DNA of 64,000 nucleotides from an uncultured Solirubrobacterales bacterium (lineage in GTDB: Bacteria > Actinomycetota > Thermoleophilia > Solirubrobacterales > 70-9): positions 19,766 through 83,765 of the forward strand of contig CAVUQC010000008.1 of assembly GCA_963743575.1 (NCBI GenBank). The letters are read 5' to 3'. The notes beneath the pieces are model-generated. The model had not been told where the DNA came from. It saw only the letters and a list, made by a program, of their open reading frames with translations, and made no database searches. A program made the translations under genes and the position numbers. Positions 10,025 through 20,278 of the stretch are shown here, one piece after another. Numbering within the stretch: position 1 is the first letter of the stretch; each line of letters starts with the position of its first letter.

Positions 10025-10845
10025 GCGTCGCGGAGAAGCAGGGCTCCCCAATCGTTCTCGACGCGGCGCGCCGACTCGGTCAGCCCCGTCGGGACGAACG
10101 CCGCGGCGACCTCGTCCATCTCCTCCTCCAGCATGCCGGAACAGACCAAGGTGTCGGGGGCCGTTCCGGCCTCGGCCAGGTGACGGGCGCAGTCGATGAG
10201 CAGGTTCCCGGTCAGATTCGCGACGACTGTGGGAGCGACCGGGGGCGGTCCCTCGCGGACATCGACGCGCTCGATCGACATCTCGACGCCGTTGGCCTCC
10301 GCGTTCGCCCGGGCGGTCTCGAGCGAGGCGAGCTCGCGGTCGCACCCGATGACCGGCGACCAGCCGAGCTTGGCGGCGGCGATCCCCAGCACGCCGCTGC
10401 CGGTGCCCCAATCGGCGATCGGGCCGGAGGCCTCACCGGCCTCCTCCAGCTCGACCAGGAGTGCGAGAGACAGTCGGGTGGTCGGATGGCCGCCCGTGCC
10501 GAAGGCCCGGCCGGGATCGACCACCACGTCGATCAGCCCATCCTTGGGGTCCCACCAGGACGGGCGCACGCCGATCCGGCCCGAGACCTCGATCGGGCGG
10601 TGGAAGTCCACCCAGCGATCCGCCCAGTCGTCGGGGACCGAGGTGGTGGTGACATCGACCAGGCTGCCCCCGGCGGCCGCCTGGAGCTCACCCAGGTCCG
10701 GAACCTCGCCGGGCGGCCCGTAGATCGCATACTCGACCCAGCCCGGGCCACGCTCCTCCTCGAGCCCGTTCGGGGCGAGCTCCAGCAGGCTCGCCATCAC
10801 CGCCTCCGCATACTCCGGAGCGCAGCGAACGGCCAGCCGGATCAT
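10021..10845 (-). CDS. prmA: ribosomal protein L11 methyltransferase
   Basis: 274 aa with SAM-binding [17 protein letters not shown]. It lies downstream of and overlapping dnaJ, the usual context. Confidence 0.85.
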   Translation of the reverse strand: MIRLAVRCAPEYAEAVMASLLELAPNGLEEERGPGWVEYAIYGPPGEVPDLGELQAAAGGSLVDVTTTSVPDDWADRWVDFHRPIEVSGRIGVRPSWWDPKDGLIDVVVDPGRAFGTGGHPTTRLSLALLVELEEAGEASGPIADWGTGSGVLGIAAAKLGWSPVIGCDRELASLETARANAEANGVEMSIERVDVREGPPPVAPTVVANLTGNLLIDCARHLAEAGTAPDTLVCSGMLEEEMDEVAAAFVPTGLTESARRVENDWGALLLRDA

Positions 10846-11918
10846 CTCCGCTCTGAAGTCTGTCGTTGGAGCGTCTCGGCGAGGCGCTCCGCGGCCTCTC
10901 GCTGCTCATCGTCCAGGTCGGTGGGCACGACCAGCTCGAAGACCACATGCTCGTCGCCGCGCCGCCCACCGCGGAGCGGGGGCAGGCCGCGACCGCTCAG
11001 GACCGTCGTCTCGCCGTGCTGCGTCCCTGCCGGAACCTCGACGGCCACCTCCCCGTCGAGCGTCGGGACGAAGACCTCTCCTCCGACGATCGCCGTCGCA
11101 ACCGGCACCTCGGCGCGGACGATCAGCTCTGTCCCCTGGCGGGCGAACCGCTCATCCGGCTCGATCCGGATCTCCACGTAGAGGTCGCCCTGGCGCCCGC
11201 CGGCATCGCCGGCATGGCCGGCCCCGGCGATCCGCACCCGCTGCCCGTTCTCGATTCCGGCGGGGATGTCCACCTCCCACGTCCGGGATTCCGCGATCCT
11301 GCCCGCCCCGTCGCAGCGCTCACAGGGTGTTTCCGGGATGCGCCCGTCGCCGCCGCAGCGGTCGCAGGGCATCGCCCGCACCACCTGGCCGAAGATGCTG
11401 CGACTGACCTCACGGATCTGCCCGCTCCCCTCGCACTTCGGACAGGTCTCGATCGGGGTGCCCGGCTCGGCTCCGTTTCCGCGGCAGCGCTCGCAGACCA
11501 CGACCGCATCGAAGGAGACCTCTCGCATCTGGTCCTCCAGCACGTCCTCCAGCGAGATCTCCACGGCCGCGCCGATGTCCGCGCCAGCCGCGGGGCCTCC
11601 GCCGAAGCCACCGAACGGATCACCGCCCCCGAAGAGGGAATCGAAGATGTCCTGGATGTTGCCGAAGCCGCCCCCGGGCGTGAACCCCCCGGAGCGGAGG
11701 CCGTCGTGACCGAACTGGTCATAGGTCTGCCGACGCCCCGAGTCCGAGAGCACCTCGTAGGCCTCGGCCGCCTCCTTGAACTTCTCCTCGGCCTCGGGGT
11801 CGTGCGCGTTCACATCCGGATGCAGCTCACGCGCCAGCTTCCGGAACGCCTTCTTGATCTCGCCATCGGAGGCGTTCCGCTCAACGCCCAGCACCTGGTA
11901 GTAGTCGCGCTTGGCCAT
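10842..11918 (-). CDS. dnaJ: chaperone DnaJ
   Basis: J domain ([12 protein letters not shown]...HPDVN), G/F region, and four CxxCxGxG repeats ([32 protein letters not shown]). I placed the start at the internal ATG 11918 rather than the track start 11987. Confidence 0.93.
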   Translation of the reverse strand: MAKRDYYQVLGVERNASDGEIKKAFRKLARELHPDVNAHDPEAEEKFKEAAEAYEVLSDSGRRQTYDQFGHDGLRSGGFTPGGGFGNIQDIFDSLFGGGDPFGGFGGGPAAGADIGAAVEISLEDVLEDQMREVSFDAVVVCERCRGNGAEPGTPIETCPKCEGSGQIREVSRSIFGQVVRAMPCDRCGGDGRIPETPCERCDGAGRIAESRTWEVDIPAGIENGQRVRIAGAGHAGDAGGRQGDLYVEIRIEPDERFARQGTELIVRAEVPVATAIVGGEVFVPTLDGEVAVEVPAGTQHGETTVLSGRGLPPLRGGRRGDEHVVFELVVPTDLDDEQREAAERLAETLQRQTSERR

Positions 11919-11928
11919 TGCCCGACTC

Positions 11929-12957
11929 CTACTCGTCGTAGACCGTCTCGAAGAAGCGGGAGAGCTCGCCGGCCGCGCCCCTGACATTGGCGATCGCGGT
12001 TGCGTAGTCCATCCGCAGCGGGCCGATGATCCCGACCGACCCGAGGTTGCGATAGCCGAGGCCGTAGTTGGCGCCGACCACGCTCACCGAGCGCAGCTCC
12101 GGCTCCGGGTTCTCGCCGCCGATCCAGACGAAGACCGAGCGGCGGTCGAGCGCCGTCCGCAGCGCGCGCAGGACGTCAACACGGTGCTCGAGTGCGCGCA
12201 TCAGCTCGTCGGCGTGGGGCAGATCCTGGAGATGCTCCTCCGAGAGGAGCCGCGCCGTGCCATCGACATAGAGAGTGTCCTCGGCCGACTCCTCGAGGTC
12301 GGTGAAGGCACTGGAGATCTCGGCGAGGAAACCGGTCTCTGCCGAGCCGAGCTCGGGATCGCGCACGCGATCGGCGGCCATGCGCGCCCCCAGTCCGAGG
12401 CCCGCGAGGCGCTCGTTGAGATAGCTCGCGGCCCACTCGACCAGGCCGGTGTCGACCTCCTCGCCGAAGGTGAAGACGCGCTTGGTGACCCCGCCGTTGG
12501 AGGCGATCACCACGACCATCACGACCTTCGGCTGCAGGAGCAGCACCTCGATGCGATGGATCGTGGCCGTGTGCAGCGGCGGCGCCGTGACCAGCGCGAC
12601 CAGGTCCGTGACCTGCGAGAGCGTCGAGGTCGTCTCCCGGATGGCGACATCGACCTCACGCCGCATGCGAGAGATTCCGAGTTCCCCCGGGACCGGCTGG
12701 GGCAGGCTGTCCTGCCGCGCCAGCAGCCGTTCCACGTAGAAGCGATACCCCGTGTCCGTCGGGACGCGGCCCGCCGAGGTGTGCGGATGGGTGAGGAAAC
12801 CCTCGTGCTCGAGGCTCGCGAGCTCCGCGCGCACGGTCGAGGCGCTCCAGTCGACGTCATCGCGGTTGGCGAGGGCGTGCGAACCGACCGGCCGCCCGTC
12901 GTCCACGTAGCGCTCGACCAGCAGCCTCAGGATCTTGCGCTGTCGCTCTGTCAGCAC
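11929..12957 (-). CDS. hrcA: heat-inducible transcription repressor HrcA
   Basis: 342 aa with an N-terminal winged helix ([24 protein letters not shown]). It sits directly upstream of dnaJ. Confidence 0.92.
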   Translation of the reverse strand: MLTERQRKILRLLVERYVDDGRPVGSHALANRDDVDWSASTVRAELASLEHEGFLTHPHTSAGRVPTDTGYRFYVERLLARQDSLPQPVPGELGISRMRREVDVAIRETTSTLSQVTDLVALVTAPPLHTATIHRIEVLLLQPKVVMVVVIASNGGVTKRVFTFGEEVDTGLVEWAASYLNERLAGLGLGARMAADRVRDPELGSAETGFLAEISSAFTDLEESAEDTLYVDGTARLLSEEHLQDLPHADELMRALEHRVDVLRALRTALDRRSVFVWIGGENPEPELRSVSVVGANYGLGYRNLGSVGIIGPLRMDYATAIANVRGAAGELSRFFETVYDE

Positions 12958-12985
12958 AGAGGTGATGATAGGAACGCGGGGAGAG

Positions 12986-13420
12986 CTAGTCGGCGCTGAG
13001 CTCGGCCTGGGCGTTCCTGATCACCTGATTGTCGCCCTGTGCAGCGACCGTGTCGATCACGACGCGGCCGTCGGAAACTTCCCGGACGGTCCCACTCACC
13101 ACCAGCTCCTGCTCGGGGAAGCCCATTCCCCTGAACTGGACCGAGAGTCGCTTGAGCGCCCTCGGATCGCCATCCGCAATCGCGGCGTTGCCGCGAGCCA
13201 CCTGGGCCATCATCCAGAGGCCGTGCAGGATGTTGCCGGGCAGGCCGACCGCCTTGGCGAACTCCGGGTCGATGTGGATCGGGTTGAAGTCGCCGGAGGC
13301 TCCCGCGTAGCGATGCGGGAGGTACTTGTCCGGAGTCACCCGGAGCTCCGGGATCGGGTCACCCTCGTTCAGGTCCTTGAGGTCGGCCACGGTCACACCC
13401 CCCTGACGATGTTGGTCCAC
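12986..13420 (-). CDS. MaoC-like (R)-hydratase/dehydratase, hot-dog fold (HadB-like subunit)
   Basis: 144 aa. ...YAGASGDFNPIHIDPEFAK... is the MaoC hydratase motif. Confidence 0.8.
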   Translation of the reverse strand: MDQHRQGGVTVADLKDLNEGDPIPELRVTPDKYLPHRYAGASGDFNPIHIDPEFAKAVGLPGNILHGLWMMAQVARGNAAIADGDPRALKRLSVQFRGMGFPEQELVVSGTVREVSDGRVVIDTVAAQGDNQVIRNAQAELSAD

Positions 13421-13833
13421 GTCCCCTTGACGACCTGCTTGCCGTCCTGGTTCGTGGAGATGGTCTCGAAGACGTAAAAGCCCTTGCCGTCCTTCTCGTA
13501 GATCTCACGGCAGGTGGCGGTCGTCTCGATCACGTCGCCGTCGCAGACGGGCTCATCCCACTCGAACTCCTGGGAACCGTGGAGCATCGTGGCGAGGTTG
13601 ATGCCGACGGCCGGGTCGAGGATCGCGGGTCCCATCGCCCTGGCGCTGTAGACGACGCAGAACATCGGCGGAGCGACCAGCTCTCGAAACCCGGCGGACC
13701 TGGCAGCCTCGTGGTCACGGTGCACGTCGCTCCCGGCCCCGATCGCATCGGCGAACTCGCGGATCTTCTCCGCGCCGACCTCATAGGTCGCGGCCGGCCA
13801 CTGCTTGCCGATGGCGTCGGTCTTCACGGGCAT
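13393..13833 (-). CDS. MaoC-N/FAS1-like dehydratase subunit (HadA-like partner)
   Basis: 146 aa of hot-dog-type sequence. It overlaps the downstream MaoC gene by 28 nt, a typical two-subunit arrangement. Confidence 0.7.
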   Translation of the reverse strand: MPVKTDAIGKQWPAATYEVGAEKIREFADAIGAGSDVHRDHEAARSAGFRELVAPPMFCVVYSARAMGPAILDPAVGINLATMLHGSQEFEWDEPVCDGDVIETTATCREIYEKDGKGFYVFETISTNQDGKQVVKGTWTNIVRGV

Positions 13834-13898
13834 CTCAGGCGCGCGATTCTAGGCAGAGGGACCCGACCCACGCGGGCCGGGGCTACGGTACGGAGTGC

Positions 13899-14513
13899 GT
13901 GTCTCCATTGCTGACCACCACCGACCCCGAGGGCGGACTGAGGTTCCGCGCCTTTGCGATTCCGCTGATCATCGGCCTGATCTGCGTGGCGATCGTGGCC
14001 TCGATGGCCCTCGGCGGGATCCTGGGCGCGGGAGTCGGCATCGCGGTGGGGGGCATCGCAGCCACCGCGCTGGTCTTCTTCGCTTCCCGCGCACGTCCCG
14101 ATCGCAAGATCGAGGTCGCCGCGCACGCCGACGGGGGCCGGCGGGTCCTGGTTGTGGCAGCCACGGAGGCGAACGCCGAGTCCGCCCAGCGAATCGCCGA
14201 TCTTGCGGGGACGCCCACGGACGTCCGCGTCGTGGTGCCCGTGCCCAGCCACCGCCTCGACCGCTGGCTCTCCGCCGAAGACAACGCCCGCCGGGAGGCG
14301 GAGGGCCTGCTGGCCCGGTCCGCCGGGGCTCTCGTTGCGGCCGGCCTGCCGGTCAGCGGCTCCGTCGGCGATCACGATCCCGCCCAGGCGCTCGAAGACG
14401 AGCTCCGCGACTTCCCGGCGGATGAGGTGGTGCTGCTGATCGCCAACGGGAAGGATCCGCTGGCCAAGGTCGAGCGGCGGCTCGGCCTTCCCCTCAGGCG
14501 AGTCCGGATCTAG
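13899..14513 (+). CDS. hypothetical membrane protein with a C-terminal USP-like alpha/beta domain
   Basis: 204 aa. GTG start, two TM segments, then RRVLVVAATEANAE...VRVVVPVPS...DEVVLL. The pattern resembles universal-stress/adenine-nucleotide-alpha-hydrolase folds (inference). Confidence 0.45.
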   Translation: MSPLLTTTDPEGGLRFRAFAIPLIIGLICVAIVASMALGGILGAGVGIAVGGIAATALVFFASRARPDRKIEVAAHADGGRRVLVVAATEANAESAQRIADLAGTPTDVRVVVPVPSHRLDRWLSAEDNARREAEGLLARSAGALVAAGLPVSGSVGDHDPAQALEDELRDFPADEVVLLIANGKDPLAKVERRLGLPLRRVRI

Positions 14514-14912
14514 CTCTCCCGCTCCTTGGCCATCTCGACCGCCTCCTGCGGCGTCGGGAGCATCGCCAGGAAGTGACAGAGGCCGTCGTCGCCGACGTCG
14601 AAGAGGAAGGCGAGCTTCATGGTGAGCTCGATTCCGTCCCGGCCTCGGCCCTCCTCATGGACCGCCGTGACGACGTGCCGATCGCCGACGACGATCGTGT
14701 CCGTCACGTCATTCGAGATCTCCTGCCAGGCATCCGTCCAGGCCGTGATCCACGAGACGAAGCCGTCATGTCCGTGGAAGGTCCCGGCGTTCGCCAGCTC
14801 CGGCGAGGCGTAGACCTCGACGTCGCTCGCCAGAGCGGCCAGCATCCGGTCGACGTCGCCCGCGTTGAAGGCCTCCATGCCGGCGCGCGCCAGGCTCTCG
14901 CGCTGCCCGGCG

Positions 14913-14920
<8 letters not shown>
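14510..14920 (-). CDS. SnoaL-like / NTF2-fold protein
   Basis: 136 aa. The [21 protein letters not shown] start is typical of SnoaL_2 domains. Confidence 0.6.
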
Positions 14921-16715
<1,795 letters not shown>

Positions 16716-16764
16716 AGGGCGGATTGGAAGGGTAGGGCGCGCCGGACGTAGAGTCCGCCGCGCG

Positions 16765-17538
16765 ATGGAATGGGGTGACGGCCGATACGAGGTGATCGCC
16801 GAGCAGCTCCTGCCCGCGGCTGAGCTGGTCGTCGATCTCGTCGGAGAGCTGGATGGCAAGACCGTGGTCGATGTCGGCTGCGGGACGGGCAACGCCGCGC
16901 TGCTCGCGGCGGAGGGCGGCGCGATCGTCACGGGGATAGACCCCGCACGGCGGCTCCTCGACGTCGGCGCCGCGGAGGCCAAGCGGCGAGGCCTCGATGT
17001 GACCTTCGAGGTCGGCGACGCCGCCTCGATCCCGGTTCCGGACGCCAGCGCCAACCTCGTGATCTCGGTCTTCGGCGCGATGTTCGCGTCCGACGCGAAG
17101 GCGGCAGCCGCCGAGCTGGCGAGGGTGCGGGCGCCGCAGGGGCGGATCCTGCTCGCCGCCTGGGTGCCCGAAGGGCCGATCTTCCGCGCGGTCCGGCTCG
17201 GCCGCCAGATGGTTGCCGAGGTGCTCGAGCAGCCGCCCGCTTCGCCTCCGTTCCTCTGGCATGACCAGGATGCGTTGAGCGATCTGTTCGAGCCCCATGG
17301 CCTGCGTGTTTCGCTGGAGGAGCATGGGATCTCCTTCAGTGCGTCGTCCGCCGAATACTTCGCCGACCGGGAGGGTGAGAACCATCCCATGGCCGTGGCG
17401 GTCCGCCCGGCGCTCGAGGAGGCCGGCCGCGCCGAGGAGCTCCGCGCAGGGCTGCTGGAGATCTACGAGGAGGCCAACGAGGACCCGTCGGCCTTCCGCG
17501 TGACCAGCCGCTACGCGGTCGCGGATATCGCGCCGTAG
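16765..17538 (+). CDS. class I SAM-dependent methyltransferase
   Basis: [16 protein letters not shown] motif I. I placed the start at ATG 16765 to avoid overlapping lepA. Confidence 0.8.
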   Translation: MEWGDGRYEVIAEQLLPAAELVVDLVGELDGKTVVDVGCGTGNAALLAAEGGAIVTGIDPARRLLDVGAAEAKRRGLDVTFEVGDAASIPVPDASANLVISVFGAMFASDAKAAAAELARVRAPQGRILLAAWVPEGPIFRAVRLGRQMVAEVLEQPPASPPFLWHDQDALSDLFEPHGLRVSLEEHGISFSASSAEYFADREGENHPMAVAVRPALEEAGRAEELRAGLLEIYEEANEDPSAFRVTSRYAVADIAP

Positions 17539-17858
17539 CGGGCCACGATGCGGTCGTAGTTCAGCCGCATCAGCTCGATCACGTCGAGCACGTCCTCATC
17601 AGTGTCGACGCGGCGGGCGGCCATGGCGTCCTTGCCGGGGAAGACCGGATGGTCAACCACGCGCCCCTGCTCCCTGAGCGCGGCACCGACCTCCCTGCCG
17701 AAGCTGAAATGGGCGGCGTGGTCGCCGTGCAGGTGACCGACCTCGTGACCGTTCACCCGGAATCCCCACTCGCCGCGCTTGCCGTAGCCCGCCTCGACTC
17801 CCGGCCAAGAGGTGACCTCGCCGGTGATCAATTCGCTCGCAGTTCGCTCATCGCTCAT
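17511..17858 (-). CDS. small DUF5519/luciferase-domain-like protein; predicted SoxR target
   Basis: 115 aa. AGGAGG lies 4 nt upstream of the ATG. The family call is from memory of similar 'luciferase family protein' sequences and is low certainty. It is divergent from soxR. Confidence 0.55.
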   Translation of the reverse strand: MSDERTASELITGEVTSWPGVEAGYGKRGEWGFRVNGHEVGHLHGDHAAHFSFGREVGAALREQGRVVDHPVFPGKDAMAARRVDTDEDVLDVIELMRLNYDRIVARYGAISATA

Positions 17859-17885
17859 CGTGCCTCCTGGGGTGGTGGAAGCATC

Positions 17886-17916
17886 AAGCTACAAGCTCAA
17901 GTGAGCTTGAAGTCAA
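17886..17916 (-). promoter_or_regulatory. MerR/SoxR-type promoter: -35 TTGACT, 19-nt spacer containing the SoxR-box palindrome, -10 TAGCTT
   Basis: Minus strand reads TTGACT-tcaagctcacttgagcttg-TAGCTT. The spacer holds the perfect inverted repeat caagctca/tgagcttg (17892-17909), resembling the CTCAAG-N4-CTTGAG SoxR box. Confidence 0.6.
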
Positions 17917-17941
17917 GGCGGATTCCTGCTTCCCTGCCGGA

Positions 17942-18391
17942 ATGCGCGATCTCCTGACGATCAGCGAGGTGGCGAAGCGCAGCGGCGTCGCCGCCTCCGC
18001 GCTCCGCTTCTATGAGGATCGGGAGCTGATCACCTCCGAGCGGGCCGGCTCCGGCCACCGCCGTTATCCCCGTTCGGTCCTCCGGCGGGTCGCGTTCATC
18101 GTCTTCGCTCAGAGGATCGGCCTGACCCTGAGCGAGATCGGCGAGGAGCTCGCGAAGCTCCCTCCCGACCGCGCGCCGAACCGCGGCGACTGGTCGCGAC
18201 TCTCAGCCGGCTGGACGTTGCGGATCGACGAGCGGATCGCTGAGCTCGAGCGCCTGCGCGCCGGCCTGACCGAGTGCATCGGATGCGGTTGCCTCTCGCT
18301 GGATCGCTGCAAGCTGGCGAATCCGAACGACCGGGCCGCCGGCTCGGGGCCCGGGCCGCGCTACTGGGTCGGCGATCCGCGCCCGACATAG
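17942..18391 (+). CDS. soxR: redox-sensitive MerR-family transcriptional activator SoxR
   Basis: 149 aa with an N-terminal MerR HTH (LTISEVAKRSGVAASALRFYE) and the [2Fe-2S] motif CIGCGCLSLDRC. Confidence 0.88.
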   Translation: MRDLLTISEVAKRSGVAASALRFYEDRELITSERAGSGHRRYPRSVLRRVAFIVFAQRIGLTLSEIGEELAKLPPDRAPNRGDWSRLSAGWTLRIDERIAELERLRAGLTECIGCGCLSLDRCKLANPNDRAAGSGPGPRYWVGDPRPT

Positions 18392-18436
18392 GGAGCGGTT
18401 GACTCCATTCGGCCATTGTGAGAGCGTGGCCGCGAG

Positions 18437-20260
18437 ATGTGGGTTCGGCTCGGCCGCGGGGGGCGAGGTTCCTGGTTGCTATGCGCGATCGCCTTTCTGG
18501 CCGTGCTGGTTCTTCCGAGCGGGGCCTCAGCGGCGACCGGGGCGATCACCGGCACGATCACGGACGAGGTGACCGGGGATGGGATCGCCGACGCGTGCGT
18601 GGAGACATCCGACTCCGGAGGGACCTTCGAGGTGATCACCGAGTCGGATGGGAACTACACCCTCTCCGGGCTCGCCACGGGCAACTACAAGCTGAGCTTC
18701 TTCTCATGCTTCGGCGCCAACTACGTGCAGGAATGGTATGCCAATGAGCAGACCCTCCAGGCCGCCGACCCTGTTTCGGTGACCGATGGCCAGACGACGC
18801 CCAACATCAACGCCGCCCTCGCCCACGGCGGCACGATCACCGGCACCGTGACGAACGATGACGGCGACCCGGTGCAGGGAATCGCCGTCAGTGCCTACAA
18901 CAATACGCATGGCGGGTCCGCGATCACCGACGCGAACGGGAACTACACGATCACTGGCCTTGGGGCAGGGGCCTACACCGTGCGCTTTGTCGACACGGGG
19001 CTGAACACCTACGTTGCCCAGTACTACAACGACAAGACCGGCGAATCCGCAGCCGAACCTGTGTCAGTGACCGTGGAGAACACGACACCTGACATCGACG
19101 CGGCCCTTCACAGAGGCGGATCCATCTCGGGCACCGTCACCGAGGAGGGGAGCGGGGCACCGCTCGCACACGTCTGCGTAGCGGTATACGGGCCGGATGC
19201 CAACGGCGACTGTGTGCAGACCGACACGAGCGGCCACTACACCTACCCCAAGCTCGCGAGCGGCTCCTACAAGGTGGCTTTCACCGACTTCCCCAGCTAC
19301 CACCACGAGGGTGAGGCCTACGACAACAAGGCGAATTTGGACCTCGCCGACCCGGTCAGCGTGACCGCCGGCTCGAACACTCCCAACATCGACGCCGCCC
19401 TGGCAGTGGACGTCACGCCGCCCGCCACGCACTTCACGGCGGGACCGGTCGGATCGACGACCGCGACGTCGGCAACCATCGCCTTCCAGGCGAACGATGG
19501 CCTCGCCACATACGAGTGCTCGCTCGATGGAGGCGCGTTCGATCCATGCACGTCGCCATACAGCGTCTCGGGCCTTGGACTCGGTGTACACACATTCCAC
19601 GTCCGTGCGAACGACCCGGCCGGAAACGTCGAAGACCCGCCCGTCGGCGGGAGCTGGACGGTGGTGTCCTCCTCATCGACCACCACCGGCACGGCCGCTC
19701 CGGGCGGCACGGTGAGCAGCGACGGCGGCGGGGGACCGACGCCGGGTGAGCCGGTGTCCACGGCCGTCACCAGCCCGACGGGCGGGTCGGTCACGATCAC
19801 CGACACCTTTGCGATCACGCAGGCACCTCCCGTGGGCTACTCGGTCTTCGGCCGAGAGGTTCAGATCACAGCCCCCGATGCGACCGTGGCGAATCCGCTG
19901 CGACTGGTCTTCACGATCGATGCCTCGGCGCTGCCCTCGGGAACGGATCCGAACACGCTCACCATCATGCGCAACGCCCAGCCGGCCGGTGAATGCCCGG
20001 GCTCCTTGACGGCGAACCCCGACCCATGCATCAGCGCACGCCAACTGCTGCCAAGCGGCAATCTGCAGCTCACCGTCCTCACATCGCACGCAAGCTATTG
20101 GAACTTCGTCAAGCCAGTACCGATTCCGCCGCCCAGCCCCCCTTCGACGGGCACCAATTCCGCGCCTCCGGCGGCCGTACCGAAGAAAAAGAAGTGCAAG
20201 AAGACGAAGAAGCGTTCCGCGGCCGCCGCCAAGAAGTGCAAGAAGAAAAAGAAGAAGTAG
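18437..20260 (+). CDS. secreted protein: 3 carboxypeptidase-regulatory-like repeats, an Ig-like domain, and a Lys/Cys-rich C-terminal tail
   Basis: 607 aa with a signal peptide (LLCAIAFLAVLVLPSGASA). Repeats have the form G.I.G.V....G.P......V........T...G.Y....L..G.Y.V.F. The tail is KKKKCKKTKKRSAAAAKKCKKKKKK. Confidence 0.75.
   Translation: MWVRLGRGGRGSWLLCAIAFLAVLVLPSGASAATGAITGTITDEVTGDGIADACVETSDSGGTFEVITESDGNYTLSGLATGNYKLSFFSCFGANYVQEWYANEQTLQAADPVSVTDGQTTPNINAALAHGGTITGTVTNDDGDPVQGIAVSAYNNTHGGSAITDANGNYTITGLGAGAYTVRFVDTGLNTYVAQYYNDKTGESAAEPVSVTVENTTPDIDAALHRGGSISGTVTEEGSGAPLAHVCVAVYGPDANGDCVQTDTSGHYTYPKLASGSYKVAFTDFPSYHHEGEAYDNKANLDLADPVSVTAGSNTPNIDAALAVDVTPPATHFTAGPVGSTTATSATIAFQANDGLATYECSLDGGAFDPCTSPYSVSGLGLGVHTFHVRANDPAGNVEDPPVGGSWTVVSSSSTTTGTAAPGGTVSSDGGGGPTPGEPVSTAVTSPTGGSVTITDTFAITQAPPVGYSVFGREVQITAPDATVANPLRLVFTIDASALPSGTDPNTLTIMRNAQPAGECPGSLTANPDPCISARQLLPSGNLQLTVLTSHASYWNFVKPVPIPPPSPPSTGTNSAPPAAVPKKKKCKKTKKRSAAAAKKCKKKKKK
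18539..19402 (+). repeat. three tandem ~96-aa protein-level repeats inside the 607-aa secreted protein
   Basis: Units are aa 35-128, 129-224 and 225-322. Each ends in TP(N/D)I(N/D)AAL and starts with G(A/T/S)I(T/S)GT(I/V)T. Confidence 0.7.
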
Positions 20261-20278
20261 CGCCGAGCGAGCGCCGGC

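Noticed and set aside
12958-12985. Looked for a CIRCE operator (TTAGCACTC-N9-GAGTGCTAA) upstream of hrcA-dnaJ.
   Set aside because: The 28-nt gap upstream of hrcA contains nothing resembling it, and I did not spot the motif elsewhere in the window by eye. A proper pattern search is still needed.
13393-13420. 28-nt overlap between the two MaoC/hot-dog genes, considered as a possible frameshifted single gene.
   Set aside because: Both ORFs have their own plausible starts and complete hot-dog-sized products. Paired HadA/HadB-like subunits with overlapping genes are a known arrangement.
16716-17390. N-terminal extensions of track ORFs: LepA 16716-17390, ALDH 43418-43792, RodA-a 54194-54574, RodA-b 58897-59424, DnaJ 11919-11987, RsfS 38066-38176.
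   Set aside because: In each case the family-typical N-terminus begins at an internal ATG/GTG, often with an SD or an ATGA overlap. The extension is low-complexity and overlaps the neighbouring gene.
20170-20260. A/G-rich low-complexity DNA (aagaaaaagaag...), considered as a possible repeat array or slippery frameshift site.
   Set aside because: It is in frame and simply encodes the poly-Lys tail of the 607-aa protein. There are no spacers or array structure and no alternative downstream frame.
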